A stretch of 64,000 bases of DNA, taken from positions 86,191,049 to 86,255,048 of the forward strand of contig NC_068981.1 of NCBI RefSeq assembly GCF_001194135.2, written 5' to 3'. Below the pieces are notes generated by a model that saw only the letters and a program-made list of their open reading frames with translations, did no database searches and had not been told where the DNA came from. Positions within the stretch are counted from its first letter, which is position 1, and the number at the start of each line of letters is the position of its first letter. Shown in pieces: positions 55,690 to 64,000 of this stretch. The DNA is from Octopus bimaculoides (lineage: Eukaryota). A program made the translations under genes and the position numbers.

Positions 55690-56260
55690 TTCTTTTTTTT
55701 TTTTTTTTGCCCATTATTTCTGCAATGAGGGTCATGAGAGCCCTCAATCACCTCCATCATAAGATCCTATCAGAAGTAACCATCATTACACTTTCCAGCT
55801 GGATGACCATCTGAGACTTCGGATATTACCCAGCCATCTTATTCTTGGTCTGTCCCTAGGTCTCCTGCCAGTTGGCTTGACATGAAGAATCTGTTTTGCA
55901 ATTCCTTCCTACAACATTCTTATCACATGTTCATAGTACCAGAGCTGCAACCTCTCGATGCAGAGAAGTATCAGCTCAACATGGAGAGACATCCTGATTT
56001 CCAAGAAATCCTGCAGACAAACCCCATTTCAGCTGTTTGTATTCATGATTGTACTCTGTTAGTCTTTACCCAATATTCATGACCATAGACACAAAAACCA
56101 AACTGAAGATAGCAAGTTTGGCCTTTTTCCTAACCTCCCCTCTGCTGAGGATCAAATACTGGAGCTGGTGCATTATCGTGTCAGCACCTGCAATACTAGC
56201 ATCCAATTGAACCTCCTACTTGTAAAAGTAATTGCAATGGTTTTCCAGAATCAGTAAAAC
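55690..56260 (-). mobile_element. RTE LINE 3' remnant
   Basis: Same family as 26330. Confidence 0.6.
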
Positions 56261-56633
56261 ATCAGACAAAATTCCTGTAGTATTTAGCTATGATTCTTTG
56301 AGTTCTAAATCTGATCCCTACCAAAGTTACTTTAACTGTACCCTGACCCAAAATGTATAGCCTTGAGCCATAAGTTAGAAATCAATAATTTTTGTATATA
56401 AAGTAATTTCATCTGAACACTTTGTAGTATTTTATGTAACCAGTAGCTGTTGTTTTTATAAAATGTATTTCTATTGCTCACAAATTAAAATAAAAAGATA
56501 AACATAATGTTTACATTTGCCATACATCTGAGACATGATCTGTAAATGTTTTCTCATTCACAAATAATTTAACCTTATTCTATACATGGACAAAATACCT
56601 TGTAATATCTTTGCAATAACTACACTACAACAG

Positions 56634-56784
56634 AGAATACGGTTCCTTTGTGAATCTGAAGCTGATTGGGGACCCGCACTTGAGAAACATTGGGAACACA
56701 TAGAATATGTGCCAACAGTATTCACTTGCTCAGGATCTTTTAGTGGATTTGGGGTGGAGAAATTACCGATCTCTTCGGTGTCAG
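56634..56784 (+). CDS. SLC6 C-terminal DWGP exon
   Basis: RIRFLCESEADWGPALEKHW...ISSVS; caacag/gtaaga; phase 0-1; read-through stop at 56820-56822. Confidence 0.9.
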
Positions 56785-58479
56785 GTAAGACTTCAAAGTA
56801 TATAGAACTAAATTGTTATTAATAAATTTATATATTTTATTATTATTATTGCTCTTATGCATGCATATTAGTTCTTGATTTGCTTTTATGTTAAATATCA
56901 CGATTAGTGCACATATAATTTCTTTTTTTAAAATGTATCAAATATATTTAAATATCTTGCACATATCATCAGTAAAGTTATTGGATTCAGTTTAATTATG
57001 TCATTTTCTGTAACACATTTATATCCTCTTACAACAATAAAATGTTCTTTAAATGTAAGAAGCTTCTTTTTTTTTTTCCATTGATTTCTATTTGTCCTGA
57101 CTGAAATATAAGAAACAGGAAAGAAATATAGTTTACAAAACTTTGTTTCAGGAACTTTTTCTTTGACTACTCAAAATCTTCAGAAATAATTTTGATGAAA
57201 GTATTAACTGTAGCTAATATCATATATATATAGTTCATCAGTTTTATTTGTCTCTCTATGTTTTTGTATCCATGTGATATGTAATACTTCAAGCACAAAG
57301 GTTTCTAATATCTTAGTTGGTGTCTAAAAGAGATTATTCTTTAATGAATTATCAATCAAGTTTTTTTTTTACTTCATATACCCTTTCATATACACATGCA
57401 CACATGCACACACATGCATACATACTCACACACACGCATGTTCATGTGTGTTTGGGGAGTTGTATACACAACAGGCTTCATTAAATTTCTCTCTGCCAAC
57501 TTCCCTCACATTTGCAAGCCTGGGGCTATAGTAGAAGACACTTGCCTAAGGTTACTGCACAGTGGGACTGAACCTGTAACCATGGTTGAGAAGTGCACTT
57601 CTTAACCATATGGGAATGCCTGCATCTAATGTGTGTGAGTTTGTGTGGTGGGGTAAGGTATGTGTGCATTTGTCGATGTGTGTGTGTATGTGTGTGCATG
57701 CGTGCGTGCGTGGGTGCGTGTGTGTGTGTATGTGTGTGTGTGTGCGTGTGTGTGTGTTTATGTATTTCTGTCTGAGTGTTTGTCCCAAATGGACTGCAGA
57801 GTCCATTTGTCTTTGCAGATTCTTCCCTCTATATTTGCTTGGCATTTCTTTATCTCGTTCTCATCCTGCACGTGCACCACATGTCCATAGCAGTTAAGTC
57901 TTCTCTCCTACACACCTACATCTGATTATTCTCCTACCCAGTTTCTTTTTCTTAGCTCATTTGTCCTCCATCATCATGTACACTTACATTACACATTCAA
58001 TGGAACATATTCATTGCATTTCTTTCTATTCTGGGATTATCTTCAACATTTAGCATCCATGTTTCACTCATCCAGAATATCACATTCTGAACACAAGTCT
58101 GATACAATTTACTCTTCTCTCAAAGTAAAATGTCTTTGTTGGCAAAGCTCACTGTACTTCATCACCCTGTTCTTACTGTGGCTACTGTGTTTTCAGAACA
58201 CTCTACTCAACTACTAATTTGATCCCCTCAGAATGGAAGCTAGCCACTATTTCTAGGAATCCTTGCATGCACTTCAAATAATTTAGTTTTTTCTATGTAC
58301 TCATTACTCCAGCATAACTATTGTTTACATAGCTGTAGTCACACCCCTTTGCTCCAGATATGAAGATTACTTCTTCCAAATTAACTCCTTTCTCATTTGT
58401 AGATATCTTCCTCCTTACCCTAGATTATTTTATGTGCCTGTATGTATGTATGTATGTATGTATGTATGTATGTATGAAT

Positions 58480-58700
58480 GAGGGCACATGGCCTAGTGGT
58501 TAAGGTGTTGCATTCACAATCACAAGATCCATGACTTCAATCTTGAACTGAGTGGTGTGTTATGTTCTTAAGCAAAGCACTTCATCACACCTGTTCTGGC
58601 AATGTCAATTTGATGGACAGATAGAGCACAAACAGTTGATCATGATAATCAAATCGTCTGTGCAGGTTTTTCAGCAAGAAATTGCATAACTGTCTTTCTC
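58480..58700 (+). mobile_element. SINE family C, diverged
   Basis: tRNA-like head ggcacatggcctagtggttaaggtg. Confidence 0.65.
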
Positions 58701-58721
58701 AGGCTATGTAAGACTACCATC

Positions 58722-58754
<33 letters not shown>

Positions 58755-59474
58755 GGGGGAGACAGAGAGGGGAGAGAGAGGGGAGAGAGAGGGGGAGAGA
58801 GGGAGAGAGGAGAGAGAAGGGAGAGAAGGAGAGGGAGAGAGGGTAGAGAAGGAGAGGGAGTGGGAGGGAGAGAGAGAGAGAGAGAGAGAGTGTGTGAGAG
58901 AGAGTGTGTGTGTGACTGATTGTGACTCCTGAAATCTACTTCAGGTATTAAAAATTCTTCTTAAGCCCCCATAGGAAAAATATTTCTTCACAGAATTTTA
59001 AACAGTTGGTAATAAATTTTTTTCAAATAAATTTCCAGAGTGATTTCCCCTTGATTCTAAAAATAAACTTTATATAACCTTGTAAAAATATAAACATTGA
59101 CACAAGCCTCTAGAGTTGCCTCCCCTAGTAAAAAATTAAACTTCTTTGTAACTGGTAAACACGCTAAGTTAAACCTTCACGTCACATAGACAGATATGGG
59201 GCTTAAAATTAAGATCTGAAAAGAAGGAAGTTGTGACCGATGATGGTGCACTTGGTACAGGTTCTACTTCTAAAGTGTTACTCATATAACAGATCTCTTC
59301 AGTCTTGTTAGAATGGCAGGGATTTTATAACTGATGCCCATCCTATTGTCAACCAGCATCAGAGTGTAATAGAATATTTATGAAACCACTGACACAAGTG
59401 ATCCCATATTGCAGGACTTAAAGTTTTTTCTATGCCTTTTAAGTTTAAATTCATAGAAGCTGATCTCCTTGTTA

Positions 59475-59701
59475 TTCTTTTACTTGTTTCAGTCATTTGA
59501 CTGAGGCCATGCTGGAGCACTGCCTTAATAGGTTTAGTAGTCGAAGAAATGGACCCCAGGACTTATTCTTTGTAAGTGTAGAACTTATTCTGTCAGTCTC
59601 TTCGGCTGAACCACTAAGTTACGGGTATGTAAACACACCAAAATCGGTTGTCAAGCAATGGGGTGGGGACAAACACAGACACAATGACACACACACATGA
59701 T

Positions 59702-59782
<81 letters not shown>

Positions 59783-59945
59783 CAGGCTTCTTTCAGTTTC
59801 CATCTACCAATTCCAATCACAAGGCTTTGGTCAGCCCAAGGCTAATAGTAGAAAACATGCACTCAAGGTGTCACACAGTTGGACTGAACCTAGAACCATG
59901 TGATTGGGAATTAAGCTTCTTATCACACAGCCACACCTGCACCTA
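59475..59945 (-). mobile_element. SINE family A
   Basis: Homology to 693-1110 with a long internal (TA)n. Confidence 0.8.
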
Positions 59946-61196
59946 TAGTACTCAGTTGCTTTCATTACAACTTATGGAACCCAAGTCTTATGAACATGAG
60001 GACAAAAAGCATGTTGCCTACACTGGTGGTTTCTTTTTGGAGTGTCCAACTTTCTGGATGAATTACTTTTAAAACAACTAAAAAGGCAATTTTCCTTCTT
60101 GTTCTGTAATTGGAGTAGAGGGAGAAAGATTAGAAAAACAGTGTAGGTTATCCAGCAGTTAGGTTAAATGCTCGTTCTTCAGTGAAAGGGGAGGAATGTA
60201 GTTGTTATGGTTGTGATACTGTAGAAAAGAATGAAACAGTAAAAAGAGAATTTTAAGAAAATATATCTCAATAATGAAACAGACCCTTATTAATCCATTA
60301 CCTCTCATAATTCTATTAACTGGAATTTTTTTATGAAACTTTGATTTCTCGCATAAAACAGCCTTAGAAGCACGCTGGAATGATCAAAATAACATTTTAA
60401 ATAGAAATAAGCGAGATATTGGGTGAAAAATTAGCAAACCTCATTTGAATATCAGAGAAATATACCTAGTAGATATAGCAAAAAGGTTAGATATGTGTAA
60501 ATATTGGCAGATAATTACGAAATTTGTAATTTTTAAGTGATCTCATATGAGATCACTGGTAGGTAATGGGTTAACAACTTCCACATAAACATCATTAAAG
60601 GTTTTGAAAACTATCCAAAAAGATGGCAGAATAATGGCGCTCTAAATATAGAACCAATATATATATTGATTTACCTATGCAATAGCTGAATCAAAATTAA
60701 TCATTTATAGTATACAATCTTTTTTTATAAGAAGTTAATTGATAGGTGGGAGAAATTGTTGTCACCTACATTTCTATCTATCGGACAACTCATTCAGTTC
60801 AATTAATTAGAAATAAATTTCCTATATTTGAAGCTCAGGAAACAGATTGCATTTTTAACTTTGTCTCTTTTATATGTACATTACATTTTTCTGTGTATAA
60901 GAGGAGGAGGGAGCAGACAGGGGGGGGGGAGATAGGTGAGGGAGGGGAAGAGAGAAAGAAATGCTTGTAGATTTATGGTACTGAACTACAAATCCCATAA
61001 CCATTAGTTCAAGCCTAGCTGTAAACTTTTATGTTGAGTATAGTATACATCTTTATATGCTTCATCTTAACTGATTGAATAAAAGACAATCATAAAGATC
61101 TTACTTTATGAGTGCCTGGGAGTCAAACACCCTAACTTGTAGACCACAAGCTATTTTTGAATGTCATTCATATAACATGGTTACATGTTTAAATAC

Positions 61197-61560
61197 ATTC
61201 ATCATCATCATCATTTAACGTCTGCTTTCCATGCTAGCACGGGTTGGACAATTTGACTGAGGACTGGAGAACCAGATGGCTACACCAGGCTCCAATCTGA
61301 TTTGGCAGAGTTTCTACAGCTGGTTGCCCTTCCTAACACCAACCACTCTGAGAGTGTAGTGGGTGCTTTTATGTGCCATCAGCACAAAGGCCAGTCAGGT
61401 GGTACTGGCAACGACCACGCTCAAAATGGTGTATTTTACGTGCCACCTGCACAGGAGCCAGTCCAGCAGCACTGGCAACGATCTCGCTCGAATGTCTCTA
61501 CATGTGCCACCGGTACAAGTGCCAAGAAGGCGACGCTGGGCACAGGTGCCATCACGGTTT
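61197..61560 (-). mobile_element. SINE family B
   Basis: Conserved 3' end with (cat)n. Confidence 0.85.
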
Positions 61561-62345
61561 TGCTTTAGATGAGTTATTTCTAATACAATTATAGTTTTTG
61601 AGACTATTATATTCATCTTTAGACATAAGAGATATTTAAAATTTTCATTACATATTGATTGGTTGTTCTCCAATCATTATCAGATGTTTTATTCATGGAT
61701 GCATGTACATGCACTGGTCATGTTGTGGATGTGAGCATTACTACCTTTAAGTTTAGAAATAAAGGCTCCAAGTTCAAATCCAATCTAGTGCTCTGTCTAC
61801 ATCTGATAACAACTGAAGATCAAGCTTACCTAATCTTTAATGTAGAATAAAGTATTTTTTAATTCTCTGAAAATTATCTAAAGTTATCTATTATCTTTTA
61901 CTGGTTTCTATCACTGGACTGTGACTATGCTGGTCACAATGCTTGAAGGTTGAGTCAAACATATTGATTTTGTTACTTATTTTTAAGTCTGGTGCCTATT
62001 GTATTGGTTGTTTGGATCAAACTGCTGAGTTACAGGGATGTAAACAAACCAATACCATTATCAAGCAGTATTGGGGAAAACACACAAAGACACATATGAT
62101 GGGCTTCCATGTACCAAATTCACTCACAAGGCATTGTTTGGCCTAGGGCTATAGTAAAATCCCAAGGTGCTCTTGTGGTGAGACTGAACTTGAAACCAGC
62201 AAGCATATTAATCATACATCTATTTATGTAACATTTTTCTTTGGTCACATTTTTTGGAGATTTTTTTCCATTATTAGTATATCAAATACTTTTTCATAAT
62301 TTGTGCTGATATTTTAGAGTAACATTAAAAAATGTGAGTATGAAA

Positions 62346-62383
<38 letters not shown>

Positions 62384-63387
62384 ATGCGTGCACGTATGCT
62401 TGTGTGTGTGTGCATGTGCATATGTTGCATACATGCGTGTGTGCATGTGTGTGTGCACACATGCATGCATGTGTGTGTAATTTAAACCTTGGGGGCAAAA
62501 TGTTTGTTTGAAGCAGGTACATGGTTTGTAAGCTTGTCATGATACATAACCATAATGATATATATATTGTTCACCATGTTAAATCTTCAAGATTACAAAA
62601 TAGCATGGAAAGTTCTGTTCTATTAAGTTCTACAACCATAAACATCGTCACATTCTTTTGTTTGTATATTCTAACGTTTTTGTTAACATATAAAATTTAC
62701 TCAAAGTTTATACCCAATGTTTAGCCCTTTAAATGGCAAGTGGGTTAACAATTTGTGATAAGGCAGTACTAGACAATTTTCTAAGCAATTTTGTTTATGC
62801 TGGTTTCCCATTGACTGGGGTAAATATTTTTTTTTATTAAACTATTTTTACTAGGTTATTATGTACATATCAGTTTTTGCAGGTGATTTTTACATAAATT
62901 AGTATTACCTTATTTTTGTAATTTCAGTATTTTATTTTTTTCAATCAATATGTGATCTGCTTTGTTCTATAGATTAGAGAAACAGTTCTTTGGTTATTGT
63001 GAAGAGGTAATCATAATATTGTATCTAATAAAAAGGATTTGAATGAGAAAACTCTTTTAAGTGATCATAGCATGGTCTTAGATTTATCTCTCTATTTGAT
63101 TGTTATTAGAGAGTAAGTTTTCAATTGTAGTTAATCTATCTTGTAGATTGGCTTATATTATGTTTTGGATATTCATTTTCAAAGATGCAATAATATGCAA
63201 ATTAATTCAAGATTTAGTTTATAATAGAATAATTCAATTTGGTTTCCAGCTTTATTCCCTTTTTGGGGGAACAGATACCAACATATACTAAACTATATGT
63301 GTCCATATGTGTGTGTCCATACTTGTGTACATGTGTGTATACATATGTTTACATATATATATGCATAATTTTATGTGTCCGCTTCAG

Positions 63388-63596
63388 GTGCACGGACTTA
63401 CAAAACACAACTAGAACTGCACTCCATCAAGCATCATGGCCGGCACAAGCAGGTTATGAGGAATGCAGATAAAGAACCTTCCAGACAACTCCATCTAGAC
63501 ATTCGATCTGAATCAATGGACTTTCTACAGCCTCAAGTTTGGAATCCCAAAGACACTAAAGGTCAAGCTTCCTTTTTTTATCGATGTGTACAATAG
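63388..63596 (+). CDS. probable terminal exon of the SLC6 gene ((G)ARTYKTQ...FFYRCVQ*)
   Basis: gcttcag acceptor; phase 1 matches the 56784 donor and opens 69 codons of non-repetitive coding-like sequence; no conserved motif to confirm it. Confidence 0.6.
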
Positions 63597-63682
63597 TAAT
63601 TCACATCGGTATGGTGGTCAAATTTACATTTTGATGAATCTAATGGCTGCTAGCTAACAAGGATTCTTTTAAAACATAAATT

Positions 63683-63929
63683 AATAAATTAAAATTTGCA
63701 AAGTTCTTAAGTGAATCATGAGAATTAATTTGCAGCTTTGTATTTTCCATACTAACACGTTGGACTACTGATATCTTACCATGATAACTCTAATATATTC
63801 TAAAATTAATTTTACATTTAATTTTATTCATACTTCATATAGCAAATGTGCATCACAACCAAAGTTGAAAAATTAAATGCAACATGCGACAGCAGTATCA
63901 ACAGTAAACATCAGTTCATAAGCAATAAA
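63683..63929 (+). promoter_or_regulatory. candidate polyadenylation signals (AATAAA at 63683 and 63924)
   Basis: Downstream of the proposed stop, but common by chance in AT-rich DNA. Confidence 0.2.
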
Positions 63930-64000
63930 ATATTAACTAATATCTACATAATACATAATCATTTTACAAACATAATTCTATAAATATAAGCTAATATCTG

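Overview
AT-rich, repeat-dense eukaryotic scaffold with several N gaps. It is very likely a coleoid cephalopod (Octopus), inferred from the SINE families and microsatellite style. The ORF track is almost entirely microsatellite or repeat noise. The real gene content is one spliced + strand SLC6 (neurotransmitter:sodium symporter) gene of the GlyT/PROT/ATB0,+ amino-acid-transporter type. I traced 11 GT-AG exons with consistent phases from 33004 to 63596 (about 687 codons). The TM3 exon is not visible, probably hidden in an N gap, and the 5' start is uncertain. A C-terminal 'DWGP' exon of a second, same-strand SLC6 paralog lies at 4586, indicating a tandem cluster. The transporter keeps the core fold motifs but has unusual residues at ion-site positions (TM7 Asn->Asp, TM8 GLSTE instead of GLDSQ, a TM10 one residue short without the conserved Glu). 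The rest is mobile DNA: four tRNA-derived or RTE-tailed SINE families, RTE and R4/Dong LINE remnants, a Penelope GIY-YIG remnant, mariner (DD34D), maT (DD37D), a DD36E Tc1 and MITEs. The main non-coding finds are minimal type-I hammerhead-ribozyme motifs (a near-canonical one at 29121-29166, a variant at 3983-4018, a half at about 35165), interlocked inverted repeats beside the best one, a 71-nt near-perfect hairpin, a SINE-derived 62-bp minisatellite and a degenerate TTAGGG tract. No CRISPR array, rRNA or intact tRNA was seen. Residue comparisons with known transporters are from memory and need a real alignment.
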